The notes under the pieces: model-generated
What the model saw: the letters and a program-made list of their open reading frames with translations, nothing else
Told to the model about the DNA's origin: nothing
Databases searched by the model: none
Translations under genes and position numbers: made by a program
Part shown: positions 26,801-41,389 of the stretch, in pieces
How the letters are laid out: every line of letters begins with the position of its first letter
Numbering within the stretch: the stretch's first letter is position 1
Origin: Eledone cirrhosa
Taxonomy: Eukaryota
Length of the DNA stretch: 64,000 nt
Assembly (NCBI GenBank): GCA_964016885.1
Contig: OZ024744.1
Location: forward strand, 67,952,001-68,016,000
Direction: 5' to 3'

Positions 26801-27757
26801 AGACCTGTTCTAAGATAACACTGTTTTCTAATTTAGAGCATTACCACACATTTGTGGTCATGTTCTGAATAAATCCATCCCAGTATATGATTGGTACTTA
26901 TTTCATTTACTCTGTAGAAATGTTTTTTTAAATCGTCCTATGATATCGATTCTAAATATCAAGGGACATAACTAGGGATTATTTTCCTGGTGCTCTCCCT
27001 TCGATTCCACTGCACTAATTAAGGGTAATAAGGATAATAACAATAACAATGTAATTTTTTTAACAAAAGAGTCGATGTTAGAGCTGGCAAAATTAGAAGA
27101 GCATTAGACACAATTCTGTTTAGTTTCGTTGGAAGTTCAAATCCCAATCAGGTTATATTTCCTTTTGCCTACGCTGGTCAGTAAAGTAAAATACCAGTCA
27201 AGAGCAGGAGTTTATTTATATGGAGATCTCAGACTGCCATTGTTCACCGTCAAATTAGGATAAAGGCAGAAGCATAACTATGGAAAATAGCGCATATGGC
27301 AAGCAGTGAAATTGCACCCCATGTCCAGCACTGTATTTTTCCTTATGGGCCTAATAAGTGTAGTGTTCTCACCCATGATAATCAAAGACAGATCATACAT
27401 TTGAAGAAGTTTCTTTTTTTACTCTCCAACGAGGCTTATATGACTTTAATAGAACGTGTTCCTAGTTCTAGTGGCGTGCCCTTCAAGTGGTGCCCATGTC
27501 ATGTGCCCTGCTTGCCATACCCTAGTTTTGCTTCTGGATGAAGGTGTTGAACATGAGGAAAAAACCATGTTAGTTATAGCGACTGACGTAGTGGATATTA
27601 CTGATTGTTTGATGTGACAACACTTTTGCCATGCTGGGGCATAGAGTTGATTTAGTTGATCATATCAACCCCAGTATTTATTTTTTCAAATTTAGTACTT
27701 ATTTTATCGATCCCTTTTGTTGAACACGGCCGACACAAACAAAAACACTGTCACATA

Positions 27758-28270
27758 TTTAACGAAGGGTAATTAGTTAAGAAATCGTTAAATGATTAAC
27801 ATGGTTATTAGAGGAAATAACAAAAATAAATGATTTACTTTATATATAAAGGTTTACTTCACTTGAGTCAAAAAGAACAATAAAGATATTACCACGAATT
27901 GCAAAGGTTGACAATGTTATTTTTGTTGTTGGTTCATGAGGCTGGTTTAGTCTGCGACCAGGAGAGAAAGAGAGAGAAGGTAATGATCTGTAATTGACTG
28001 TAGACCACTGTGGCCTGTAGATAGCGGTGAATCCTTACATACCTGGTCTGTATCGTAGTGCTCCGATCTCTGTATTTCTGTAGACCTCTAGGACCTGAAG
28101 GTAGCGGTGAATCTTTACATAGCTTGTTGCAGGCTTTATATACCTGTCGCTCTCTGTCTCCCACCTTGAGAGGATAGCCCACGCATGAACCTGTTCACAA
28201 CAAAAGGGTGGTGACCTAGAGTTTGATCTTTAGGTGTCACCCAAGGTTCAAGGCGTGGACAGATTTCGCT
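27758..28270 (-). mobile_element. Second copy of the body of the 34870-35820 element
   Basis: Reverse-complement similarity to 35045-35581 (e.g. ggtttacttcactt, gtagaccactgtggcctgtagatagcggtgaatc). Confidence 0.75.
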
Positions 28271-28323
28271 ACACATACATGAGCACACACTCATTCTTCC
28301 CCGCTCTCTCTCTCTCTCTTTAT

Positions 28324-28360
<37 letters not shown>

Positions 28361-28380
28361 CATACATATATATATATATA

Positions 28381-28570
28381 TACATCATGTTTAATATAGA
28401 AATGGCTTCTACAGGACTATAACTGTTTCATTCAAAAGAAATCATCAGGAAAGCCCTGATGATTTCCTTTGAATAAAACAGTTCTAGTCCTGTAGAAGCC
28501 ATTTCTATATTAAACATGATGTAATGTTTACACTCTATTAAAGTATTGAGTACCTTACTTACTGTGGTTA
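28381..28570. mobile_element. Fold-back hammerhead element (69-bp arms at 28381-28523 plus tail)
   Basis: Inverted arms around aaagc. Family members at 54485-54653 and 49750-49810. Confidence 0.8.
28405..28454 (-). ncRNA. Type I hammerhead ribozyme in the left arm of a fold-back element
   Basis: Minus strand reads gctttc CTGATGA t ttc tttt gaa t GAA ACAG ttatagtc CTGT A gaagc. GUA triplet. Confidence 0.75.
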
Positions 28571-28769
28571 CCCCCAATTGAACCCAGGATTCAGACACAT
28601 TTAGTTCGAGCACTCAATGCCAATACTTGGGTGCATCTATTGATTCCAGAGTCAAGCCAATCACTTCCGATCGTACCTTGGACTGATTGATCATGAAACA
28701 CGAATCACATGTGAATTAACATAATGATGCTATATTGATACTTCGTCCCTGCTCCTTATTATTATAATA

Positions 28770-28802
<33 letters not shown>

Positions 28803-28807
<5 letters not shown>

Positions 28808-28994
28808 GAAGGAGGTGTTGTAAAGGAACCAGGTGGACCATAACGCACCAGAGTACTCAATACTTAGGGTAGTAGAGTGGGTAATAGGAAAATGTATGAC
28901 CCCGACGGCAGAGCTCAAGCCGTTTCAACGGCAATTTCTGGACAGAAATAGCTGCCGAAATGGCTTGAGCTCTGCCGTCGGTCATACATTTTCC

Positions 28995-28996
<2 letters not shown>
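28803..28996. mobile_element. (TA)n-flanked fold-back element (hairpin 28885-28996) carrying the 3' half of a hammerhead
   Basis: GAA ACGGC ttgagctct GCCGT C gives stem III, a GUC triplet and a palindromic loop. Same tail as 493-600. Confidence 0.75.
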
Positions 28997-29055
<59 letters not shown>

Positions 29056-29369
29056 GTATTAAATAGGCAAACTAATCAATGAAGAGAGGTGAAGGATTAG
29101 TTATGAAAATTACAAGCCAGTAGAGAGAGGGTTAGTGTGCTCAATGTGTATAGTTAGCAAGACAGGTGAACATTTGTCAAGCAGAAATATCATAAGCAGA
29201 GCTTAAAATCATGCATAAGATATCAGAGAAAACAACAACAATTCTTTGATTAAGTATATTTACCATTCAACCTCCAAAACAACTTGTCAGACCCATGCTA
29301 GCGTGGAAGAACGGACATAAAACGGTGATGATGATGATGATGATGATATGCATATATATATAATAATGG

Positions 29370-29712
29370 AGGCACATGGTTTAGTGGTTAGAGCATTGGC
29401 CTTGCAATCGAAAGGTTGTGAGTTCAATTCTCAGACCGGGTGATGTGTTGTTTCCTTGAGCAAGACACTTTATTTCACATTGCTCCAGTTTATTCAGCTG
29501 TAGAAATGAGATGATAGGGACTGGGGTCCATATCATTCCACTGCAAAGTGGTCGTGGAGGTGCCACGGCAAAAAAGCACCCAGCACTCACTGTAAATGAG
29601 GTTGGTGTTAGGAAGGGCATCCAGCTGTGGAAATCAAGCCAGAATCAGTTCCCGTCCCACCCTTGCAAGCAGGGAAAAAGCAGACGTAAAAATGAAATGG
29701 AAATGATGATGA
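29370..29712 (+). mobile_element. tRNA-derived SINE, family B, with (GAT)n tail (representative)
   Basis: tggtttagtggttagagc, gagttcaattc, tccttgagcaagacacttta, aggaagggcatccagctg and a gatgatgat tail. Copies at 3255-3530(-), 16595-16925(-), 41070-41340(-) and 62112-62215. Confidence 0.8.
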
Positions 29713-29743
29713 TATATATACACACACACACATATATATATAT

Positions 29744-29812
<69 letters not shown>

Positions 29813-29849
29813 GTAAGTCAAACATGTTAAATTTGGCTTCGTTTATTCT

Positions 29850-29902
29850 CTGCTATATATATTTCAGTGACAGCTATTATTGGCTGTAACTTCATCAGGC
29901 AG
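29850..29902 (-). ncRNA. Type I hammerhead ribozyme, intact minimal form
   Basis: Minus strand reads ctgc CTGATGA agttacagc-caataata-gctgtcact GAAA tatata TA gcag. Stem I ctgc/gcag, stem II agt.acagc/gctgt.act, palindromic stem-loop III, AUA cleavage triplet. Confidence 0.85.
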
Positions 29903-30070
29903 TACGAATTAATGTAGAAAAAACAGGTAAACATGTTGTTGAAATGTGTTCCACTGTCAATTCACCGATATGTCCAGCCCCTGGGTGTGTTGTTAGTCCT
30001 CCGAGGAACTGGAATCATATGTCGGTAAACAACCAACACATACTCAAAATTTATGTATATCTATAACATC

Positions 30071-30136
30071 TCTGTCTGACAACCGATCCAGACGTATATT
30101 ATTATCGTCTGGGATCCAGAAACCTTTGGTAATGGA
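30071..30136 (+). ncRNA. Degenerate hammerhead (CUGACAA core), same family as 47759-47820
   Basis: tctgt CTGACAA ccgatccagacg..cgtctgggatcca GAA ACC ttt GGT A atgga. The 3' half also occurs at ~12264-12315. Confidence 0.55.
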
Positions 30137-30201
30137 GTAGTTATATTTTGTGTTGTTCACTTTCTAATTAAATATATATATATATATATATATATAATAC
30201 G

Positions 30202-30237
<36 letters not shown>

Positions 30238-30272
30238 ATACGCACACACACATATATGTATACACATATATA

Positions 30273-31155
30273 CAGGGTGTGGATGATATTTGTTCGCAAT
30301 TTTCAACTGCTAATTTTATGCAAATTTTTTTTACTTCCGTTGTCACTCTTGTCTTCATAAAAACAGTGACTATATTTCCATTATTTATTTACAGAATAAT
30401 TGATTATGAATAATTTTGAACCTCTAAATTTTTGAAAGGGACACGGAGTTCTTCTTGGAATCCATGCCGGGAGGACAAATAAGACCAGAAGATCAACTCC
30501 CAGAACAACATGTGGCTCGCTGTCTCATCCAAAGACGTGCCCAGAGTCATGCAGACAAAGTTTCCAGCAACAACATTGGTCTTAGGTGTCGTCAGCAGTC
30601 AAGGTGACGTCATACCACCTCACTTCTTCCCTGAGGGCCTCAAGCTGAACACCGATGGCTACATCCGCGTTCTGAGCGAGGTAGTAAAGCCCTGGATTGA
30701 CCAGGTAGCTGCAGGTAGGCCGTACGTGTAGCAGCAAGACTCCAATACCACCCGAAAGACCCAAGCCTGGCTGACGGAGAATTTTGTCGACCACACTTCA
30801 CCAGACATCTGGCCTCCCAGCTCGCCTGACTGCAACCCCCTCGACTTCTTTGTGTGGGGCACAGTGGAACGAGACACCAACAGATCTAGCTGCAATACGA
30901 AAGACGATCTGAAGGCCAAGATCACAAGTGCCTTTAGGGGCCTAAGTCGGGGGACAGTGACGAAGGCCTGTAGCCGGTTCCGAGGCCACCTTGAGGCCGT
31001 CATCAAAGTCAATGGTGGGTTTATTGAGTGAGATCGAAAGAACAAGTCATGAAGACAAACTGACCCAAGTTTGATAAATATATCTTAAAAAATAAAACTA
31101 CTGTGTTACTTTTTCCTAGACAGTAATCTTGCGAACAAATATTGTCTGCACCCTG
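30273..31155 (+). mobile_element. Tc1/mariner-superfamily (maT/DD37D-like) DNA transposon relic, internally deleted
   Basis: TA-flanked TIRs cagggtgtggatgatatttgttcgcaa / ttgcgaacaaatattgtctgcaccctg. Transposase C-terminus PYV*QQD...IWPPSSPDCNPLDFFVWG...GGFIE* (30510-31031). Confidence 0.9.
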
Positions 31156-31911
31156 TATATGTATATAATAAATAAGGAACAAAGAATCAGTTTTGCATCA
31201 TATACATATTTAAAATATATATACATCCAGCTGTAGAAAGTTGGCCAAACAAAGGGTTAGAAAGACTCTTTAGTTGTGTCAAAGACATGACAACCTCCCT
31301 AGTGCTAGTGATCTACACACACAATAAAAGCACCAAGCACATGCTGTAAAGTGGTTGGTGTTAGAAAGGGCATCAAACCAAACAAGGGGATGGGAGGACT
31401 CTTCAGTTTGTGTTAAAAGACCTGACAACTTCTCTGCATTCGATAGAACTTATGTCCATATGTAAGCAGGAAGCAGACCCTTCTGCTTGTCTGGGAGGTC
31501 ACTAGCCCCACTTCAGAACTTACTTGGTCTTATGTAGACCTGTGCAACCCTTACTAGCAGGAAAAATGGATGTTAAGTAATGATGATGATAATATATATA
31601 TATATCATCATCATTATCCAGTCTTCGAAGGCTCAAAAAAAAAGTCACGGGCACTACCCTCTCTCGCTCCTTTTCTGACTAATAAAACACACACATAAGA
31701 ATGTGATAAAAATGCATAGCTTATAATAATAATAATAATAATTTTTTCTACTTTTGGCACAAGGCTAGCAATTACCCACTTTATTTTATCGACCCCGTAA
31801 GTATGAAAGGCAAAGTTAACCTCGACGGGATGTGAACTCTGACTGTAAAGGGACGTAACTATGCTAGAAAGCATGGCATCCGACCCTCTACCGATACTGC
31901 CAGTTCACCGC

Positions 31912-32566
31912 TGTGTACAGTACTCGGGTGCACTACAACTCATCAAAGGTGTATGCATAGTACATAGAATAATGTAGAAATGTCAGGAAAGTGAACAGTG
32001 TATGAGTTACGTTATACACACAGATACATGCGTACATGTGTATAGAGGGGGATTATCAGGTGTAGTGTTGGTGAATTTCGAGAAGCATGGAAGTTTTGAA
32101 GGATGCAGTGTCCTAACACCTAACAACAGATGTAGGTAGTTTGTTCCATGCTTCAGTAATTCTGAGCGTGAAAAAATGTTTCTGAAAGTCATGGGGGCTG
32201 TGCTGTGTTCTGACTTTGTAGGCATGCCCATGTGTGTTGGACACATGGAATTTAAAAAGGTGCTTAGGGTTGTTGTGGGAAAGATGGTTAATAATTTTGT
32301 GGGTGTTTACCAAGTCAGTTGCCAGACGTCAGAGCTTCAATGTATCCATGCCCAGGGAAGCAAGGCGTTCAGAGTATGATAGATGGCTGATGGAGGGTAT
32401 TCGCTTGGTTGCAGGAGATCAATGTTTTGAGCAAGATAGTCTGGTGATGCAAATTCTAAGTGTGGCCAGACCATAGCTATATACAGCTTTAAAAAGATAG
32501 CTGGAGAGCAGCTGACAAATGTCTTGCTGAGTGATTCCAAGACATCCTCAGCCTTCTTGACAATTT
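31912..32566 (-). mobile_element. CR1-group LINE 3' fragment
   Basis: Homologous to 12890-13500. HFFTLRITEAWNKLP motif. Confidence 0.85.
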
Positions 32567-33020
32567 AATAGCTATATTACCTTTATATCTTGGCTAATAC
32601 TATCATGTCTTATGTAATACTGCCATGCTTTATATCATAGTGCGATACTTGTTGAGACATACACTTACAGAGTATAACCTTGTCCAGAATTCACATCTCT
32701 GCAGTTTTTGCTTTTCTTTTATGAATTCAAATTGAATTGAATCAATCGACAAGATCCCAGACCTCATTTGCTTACCAAGTGAGGTGGAGATCATTGAATG
32801 TTTCCATTGGTCTTTCCATTATTAATACTATTTGCTAGTGGCAGATCCTAACTGAAAGAGCAACATGAAATAAAGCATCTTGCTCAAGGGCATAACACAT
32901 TATCTGGTCCAGGAATAAAACACATACCCTCATGATTGCAAATCCAATTCTCTAACCGCTAAGCCACATGCCTTCACTTTCATGTATTAAAAACATAAAT
33001 AAAAACTAATAACTCTTTGA

Positions 33021-33116
<96 letters not shown>

Positions 33117-34461
33117 TAAGTGTTTTCTTTATTTTTATTTCTATGTCAACCTTTCTATTTACAAAAGTAAATACCATAATACATATATGATGGTGGTGGT
33201 GGTGGTGGTGATGCTGGTGGTGCTGGTGCTGGTGGTGGTGGTGGTGGTTGGTGGTGGTGGTTGGTGGTGGTGGGTGGTGGTCGTGGTGGTGGTGGTGCTG
33301 GTTGATTGTGGTTGGTGGTGGTTGGTGGTGGTGGTTGGTGGTGGTGGTGGTTGGTGGTCGTGGTGGTCATGGTGGTGGTGGTGGATGAGGTTGGGGTGAA
33401 GGGTGAGGGTTCATTATAGAATACGATTTTCATGGCCAGAGAAAGAAAGAGGAAAAAAAGAAATAAAAGAGTGAATGCTAAAAAAGGAAGGAAAACAAAG
33501 AGTTTCATGTCATACATACTAGAAAGGGGTATAGTAAGATAGATAGAGAGAGAGATGGGAGGGGGCTAGAGAGAGAAAGCTGCAAGAAAAAAGAAGTAGA
33601 GAGGGTAAAAGCAGAAAGTGAGTTATTTAAACCAGTATTACTTTAACTAAATATGCTGCTCAGACAATGGTCATGTTTCTTTTTTTCTATTAAGTTTTAG
33701 ATATTTACTGCAAATGTCAGTAATATACTGAAATATACTAATACAATATTAGTCTCTAATTTCCTGTGAAATGGTTGTGTTGGCGACTTGACAAAAAACA
33801 CCCAGTACTCACTGTAAATGAGGTTGGTATTAGGAAGGGCATCCAACTATAGAAACCAAGCCAAAATCAGTTCTGTAGAAGCAAGACATGGTCACCTGAC
33901 CTAGCATTGCTCACAACAGGACAACCTGTCTAACCCATGCAAGTGTGGAAAAGTTGACATAAAACAGGGATGATGATGATGATATATGTGAATAATTGTC
34001 AGTTTTGTCAGCCTAGGCCCACTAGTTATGAATAATAATTGTTTCTACTTTTGGCACAAGGCCAGCAAATACCCAGTACATTACTGGTACTTTATTGTAT
34101 CGACCCCGTATGGATGAGAGGCAAAGTTAACCTTGGCGGGATTTGAACTCAGACCGTAAAGGGACGTAACTATGCTGGAAAGCATGGCGTCCGACCCTCT
34201 ACTGATACTGCCAATCCACCAATAATAGTTTGTATTGTAGAACCTGAGGCTATTTCAGACAGTTTCATACCAAAAGGGATAAACAATTATCTTTGATGAT
34301 AATATCTCGTATAGATTTTTGAGGAGTGTTTGATTCAAGAATTTGTTAGATAAAATGAATTTTTAGTGTGTAAAATATATATCATTAAATTTAAATATTA
34401 TCAAATGTTTATAAATGTGTGAGAATAAAGAGGTATTTAATGCTAATTTTTTTTCTATCAG

Positions 34462-34558
34462 TCCTAGCAACAACCAAGAAGAACTCTTTGACAAGATTCT
34501 AAGCGGAAAGTTTGAATTCATTTCACCATTCTGGGATGAGGTTTCAAGTTCAGCCAAG
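34462..34558 (+). CDS. DCLK: DCLK kinase exon, subdomain X (PSNNQEELFDKILSGKFEFISPFWDEVSSSAK)
   Basis: QEELFDxIL..GxFEF..PxWD..S.SAK motif. cag/gtgaga splice sites. Confidence 0.95.
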
Positions 34559-34656
34559 GTGAGACATAACATACACTTATTTCTCTCATAAAGACACATT
34601 CTAAAGTACACATACACACACTCACACACGCGCACACTACATATATATATATATAA

Positions 34657-34800
34657 TAAGAGCAAAATGGAGGTTTACATAAAAGATTTATTGCTCATCT
34701 CTTATGTAACACCTCCGCTTTGTTCTTAATACAGTCTGTTCTGCATTGAGTGCTGACTTTGGTATTCTCACCATTTCTCCTCGGACATACTGAACCTTCT
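34657..34800. mobile_element. Short fold-back element (hairpin 34657-34728 plus tail containing GAGTGCT)
   Basis: taagagcaaaatggagg..cctccgctttgttctta arms between TA repeats. Confidence 0.5.
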
Positions 34801-34869
34801 CCACACACATATATATATATATATATATATCCAGGGAGTGTGACTTATTTCACTATATATATATATATG

Positions 34870-35820
<951 letters not shown>

Positions 35821-36280
35821 TATATATATATATATATATATTGATCGCATCTCTCATACCTCTACATCCCATACACTGATCAGCCAGCACTACCCTTTAC
35901 TCATTGCCCTACTAAATCCCCACAAACACCTATAACTTCACACCTATCTGCTTTCCTGATTGCCCCCTTCCCTAGAGCTGAGATGGCTCTAGTGATGGTG
36001 TCCTAATAATTGTTTCTACTTTTGGCACAAGGCCAGCAATTATTCCAGTTTATTACTGGTACTTTTATCGACCCCGTAAGGATGAAAGGAAAAGTTAACC
36101 TCAGCGGGATTTAAACTCAGCTCATAAAGGGACGTAACTCTTTGCTGCAAAGCATGGCACCCGACCCTCTACCACCAATCCACTGACCTTGGTGTCCTAA
36201 TAATGAGAGTATAAACAATGAATATTTCTGCATAATTTGAATTTCTGTTGTTTTTTTTTTTTTTGTTTCTTCTATCACAG

Positions 36281-36361
36281 GACTTAATTGAACACATGCT
36301 TCAGGTGGATCCAGAAATCCGATACTCAGCTGGAGAGGTTCTTGATCATCCATGGGTTGCT
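36281..36361 (+). CDS. DCLK: DCLK kinase exon, subdomain XI (DLIEHMLQVDPEIRYSAGEVLDHPWVA)
   Basis: LI..MLQVD...R.SA..VL.HPWV motif. cag/gtaagt splice sites. Confidence 0.95.
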
Positions 36362-36540
36362 GTAAGTTATTTAGAACTACTTGAGATTATATTATTGCTT
36401 GATGAGAGGGGGGGGTGAGAGAGAGAGAGAAGTGGAGAGAGAGAGAGAGAGAGAGAAGTGGAGAGAGAGAGAAAAGTGGAGAGAGAAAGAAAAGGAGAAA
36501 GGGAGAGAGAGAGAAGGGGGGAGGGGAAGAAGGTAGGGAG

Positions 36541-36725
36541 CAGTGCTGGATTTAGGACAAAAGAGGCCCTGTGTTAGTTAAATTCCGAGGCCTCTTACTT
36601 GGTCCCTGAAAGAGGTAAAACAATTTTTCTGCAGGAAGATGCCTCCCCCCCCCCCCCAACTTACCTGGCCAATGGAGGGGTCCTGCACTTAAGCACACCT
36701 AAGTACATTGGTAAATCTGGCACTG
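36541..36725. mobile_element. Short TIR element (MITE)
   Basis: cagtgctggattta ... taaatctggcactg. Confidence 0.6.
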
Positions 36726-37874
36726 GGTGGTGGAAGAAAAGAGTAGATGGATAGAGAGAATAAGATAAAATCAGAATAAAACTATATAGGATTTTTTTTT
36801 TTAATGTCAGATCCATTAGAGATTATTTTTAATACAAAATATTTTAGAACTGTTGTGCTGGATGTTAAGTGAAAGGTAGAACTCTTTGATAAAAGGAAAA
36901 CTGAAAAGACAAGGAAAAAATTGCTGAGGATAGGTCTCTCGCAAATGAAAGGAGACACAAAACAGGGGTTAGTGTTATAAGTAAAGCTGTCCAGAATGCC
37001 TCTGTATAAGTAAAGCTGTCCAGAATGGTAAACATGGTTGTTAAAACATTGACAATGATGATGGTCATGGTGGTGTTACAAAAAATGTATACACATTTTA
37101 ACAGCATTCTAATCAAAGTATGTATACATTTTTTGGGACACTCTGTATATATATCATCATCATCATCATCATCATCATCATCGTTTAACGTCCATCTTCC
37201 ACACTAGCATGGGTTGGACAGTTTTGTCCCACTTGAGGCAAGATTGGTCGAGAGACCATGTCTCGCTCATACAGAACTGTTTCTGGCAGGTTCTCTATGG
37301 CTGGATGCCCTTCCTAACACCAACCACGTCTACAGTGTGGACTGGGAGCCTTTTTACCGTGTCTCCTACATGACCACTTTACAGTGTGGATGGGGTGCTT
37401 TTTGTTGTGTCACCTACACGACCACTTTAGAGTGGATTGAAATAGGAGGATGGAGTAGGGTGTGTGGGGTGTATATTGGGGTAAGAGGTGCCTACTGACT
37501 GTAAGTTTAAGTTTATATGCAAGGGAAGGCGGGTCTTCTGTATAACTGCATAGCACCAAAGATCTTGATCCAGTGACATTGTCCAAAGATCTTGATCCAG
37601 TGACATTGTCCAAAGATATATATCTGTGTGTATATGTTAATATTATATAATTGTTACTACTTTTGGCACAAGGCCAGCAATTACCCAGTGTATTACTGGT
37701 ACTTTATTTTATAATGTATGTGTATAAATGTTTGTGAAACATTCTTGAATATATTGTTATATAATGTGTTTCTAATCTAAAAAAAAAAATGAAATAAGAG
37801 AAAAGGAAAGGAGTGAGAGAGGAAATGAAAATGTTATGGAATGTTGTTAATTCTTTATTTGTCTTGTTTTCTAG

Positions 37875-37973
37875 AATGATACTGCAAAAGATGACAAGTT
37901 GCATGTGGCACGAGAACTGAACCATTACTTTACACGTACCAAAAAACCAAAAGGAGGCCTGGCAGTTATTGCA
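37875..37973 (+). CDS. DCLK: DCLK C-terminal regulatory tail exon (NDTAKDDKLHVARELNHYFTRTKKPKGGLAVIA)
   Basis: Ends in GLAVIA, equivalent to vertebrate DCLK GVSVIA. tag/gtaagt splice sites, phase 0. Confidence 0.9.
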
Positions 37974-38226
37974 GTAAGTGATACATTTCAAATAAAATAA
38001 ATTAGAGATTTTTTTAAAGATGAATGTTTTAACCTTTTAGCCATTTAAACCAGCCAGAATTCTCTCACCTCTTTCATTAAGTGAGATAATTATGTGAGGT
38101 ACCATGAAAATACAATAGTAATTATAGAGTGTAGTATATATAGAGTAATGTAAATGCTGAAGAGTTGAATAAGCTTCTTACATAAAATTATGTTGGAAGC
38201 TTTTTAGATAAATATAAACACTTTAA

Positions 38227-38408
38227 CCCTTTAGCATTTGAACTGGCCATATCCGGCCAGAACTGGCCACTCATACTAATGTTAGGGTAGTGTTCTCAAA
38301 ATAAATAATATCAAAATCTCATAGATTTGATATTAAGTAAGATAATTATGTGAGGTAAAGTCTTTACCATGTAAATATAATAAATAAAGTAATGTAAATG
38401 CTAAAGGG
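38227..38408. mobile_element. piggyBac-like MITE
   Basis: TTAA-flanked TIRs ccctttagcattt / aaatgctaaaggg. Confidence 0.8.
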
Positions 38409-39116
38409 TTAAATATTTAATATTAAGGAAAGATTTGAAATTGTACCTCTACATTACCTTAGTCTATAGCAGTGATTTCAAAACTTATTTTGCTTATTTT
38501 GTTGCAGAAACTATATTTTGATTTGATCTTCCAAAAATTGCACAACTCTTACCTTCATTTCACCCACAACCCCTATTTTAACCTTCAGCATGCTGTTGAT
38601 GACAAAATGGGAACAAGAGAGTAATATCCCCTTAATATATAATGTAGTGTCAAGGGAAGCAATTCATAAAAATATTCAGCGTGCTAAAGATTAAATTAGA
38701 CATTAAATTAGACAAAAGTTGTTTTAGAGAGAGAATTTTATTCATATGTAAAAAAAAATACAAAAAAAAAACCCACTCATATAATTAAATCTTTATTAAA
38801 TATTATCACCTCTCCTTGCAGAATGCCAGAAATTTTCTGTTTTTGTTTTTTCTTGGTACCCACTTTTGGAATAGGTAACTGAAGTTATAGATGGGGCTCT
38901 GAACTGCCAATTGATAAGTCTGTAGAATATATTCTGTCATCACTATCTTTAGTTAGGAAATTGTCAGAGTCAATTGAGCAACATATAGAGAAGCTTTGCT
39001 GTATTTGATTCAATCTTGCTGAGGTTCATTTTGTTTTTCATACCTCAAGAGTAATATGAATAAAAGTACCAGTTAGATATTGGAGATCTCTTCACTCACC
39101 TCATTCTTCACTCTGC

Positions 39117-39147
<31 letters not shown>

Positions 39148-41389
39148 CTTCTTCTTCTTCTTCTTCTTCTTCTTCTTCTTCTTCTTCCCCCCCCCCCTTC
39201 TCCTATAGTTCCTTTGGCTACCTATAGAGAATTGAGTAATGAGGTTTCCATTTCACACAGTTACATGCTTTGTCACAGGCCTAATACTAGGCCAAGCCTA
39301 TGTCTTTCAGATCTTTCTCCAACAGACCTCAACCAGCTGTTGAAGGTTCTGCCTTGTTTCAAATGCCCTCCTCCTATTCAAAATACCGCCTCATTAGTCA
39401 CTTCACGGACATGCGTATCACATAGCCGTGCATCTTCTTCCACCGTCAGAAAGACTTACACCATTTCATATCAGCTAATAGACAAGGAGCTTATCTTTCA
39501 ATAGTAAGGCGGGATTCACAGAATCACAGAAAATATGGCCAGAGGAGAAGAAGTAAGGTGATTAAATAATCCTGGGTGGAACAGTAGAGTTAGCAGCTAG
39601 CTAGTCTGGTGGAGCAGGTGTAGTTTTAGTAGAGGTAAAAACAGGGTCCCCAAGAGAAATTTTACAAGGTGGTACAAGACTACATTAGGGCCCAAAGATG
39701 GCAAAGATATTTCTTAAAATGTATGTTGCGTGGTTGCTGTGGGGCCTTCTTAGCTCTTGGGCCCCGAAACAAAGCACTGACTGGACCCCTTCTCATAGAC
39801 CCTGGATAGAAAACATTGAGAGAGGAGACATAGCACGTTTGTGAATGAGTCTTAGGTGATCATTGTTGCAGTGGAATGTGGAATGAAAACTCAGAAACTG
39901 TTGCTGTCTTGTTTGGATAGTTATAGGTTGTTGATGTCATACATTGTTTGTTGGTAAAGTTATGTCAGAAATGACAAATATTAGATATATTGAATATGCC
40001 ATAGTTTTGTACAATAACAAAATTTTACAAAGCATGATTTCACTACATATGTATGTATGTATGTATCTATCTATGTGTGTCTATTATGTGTGTATGTATG
40101 TGTGTATGTTTGTATGGGTGTGTATGTATGTGTGTATGTGTGTACATGTGTATGTATATATTATTATATGTATGTATGTTCTTCTGGTTTCATTATTTTA
40201 TAAATTTTTACCAATAGCAAGATTCAGTTTCTAACATAGAAACAAAACTGTTTCATTGGAATTTAGACAATCATAACTAAGTAGATAGCTATGTATGTCT
40301 GTATGTGTTTGTGTGTGTGTGGATGTTATTGTATGTGTAGATCTGTATGTTTTGAGTTATATTTGTATGGCCTATACATGTGTATGTACTGTTATTACAT
40401 GTTTTACCTATTTTTACAGTTCCATTAATGAACTGTTCTTCTTTCTGGTTCTCTGAATCCCAGCTTCACAAGATTTGTACTGAGGTAGTTAGTAACATAT
40501 ACCAGAGATCCAATGACCACAGGGGCAAATTTAAAAATATACTCAGTGGGGAGTATATTCTTCTGGTTTTATAATTTCACAAATGTTTGCTAATAGAGAG
40601 AGAGTCGGTTTCTAACGTAGATACAAGACTCTCCCATTGGAATTTACACAACATCAACTAGGTAGATATGTATGCATGTATGCATGTGTGTGCAGGTATG
40701 TTATTGTATGTGTGGATGTGTATATTTTGAGTTATATGTGTGCATGTGCATATGCTTTGTAACTGTACAAGTGTATATGCATTTATTAGATGCAGGTATG
40801 TATGTTTCTCTTTCTCTTAATTTTGAGTACATTTTTGACCGGCCACCTTCCTAGTAGAAAAGAAATTGTCATCCTTTAAAATGCAAGAATGTTTTGTAAA
40901 TTTTGATGGTGCCAGCTATTGCAGCCATTTGTAGTTTATGAATTAGGGAGCTGCGTTCTTTGTCCACAAATCCAAGTTCAGTTATACTTTGGTCCAAGTG
41001 GGTTGGTATATAACCTGTAGCACCAATAATGATGGGTATGTCTGTTCAAATATTTGTGTGCATGTATGTATATCATCATCATCACCGTTTTACGTCCGTT
41101 CTTCCACGCTAGCATGGGTTAGACGGGTTGTCCTGTTGTAGGCAGTAGCTGGTCGGCTGACCATGTCTTGCTCATACGGGAACTGATTCTGGCTTGATTT
41201 CTACAGCTGGATGCCCTTCCTAACACCAACCTCATTTACAGTGAGTGCTGGGTGCTTTTTTCCGTGGCGCCTACACGTCCACTTTACAGTGTGGGCTGGG
41301 TGCTCTTTTGCCATGGCACCTCCATGACCACTTTGCAGTGGGAGGGTGTGGGGGCATATTGTCTATATGCTTCAGCTTCGGCTTGTATC

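Noticed and set aside
29370-29445. tRNA gene
   Set aside because: The tRNA-like A/B boxes are SINE heads continuing into SINE body and tail, with no complete cloverleaf.
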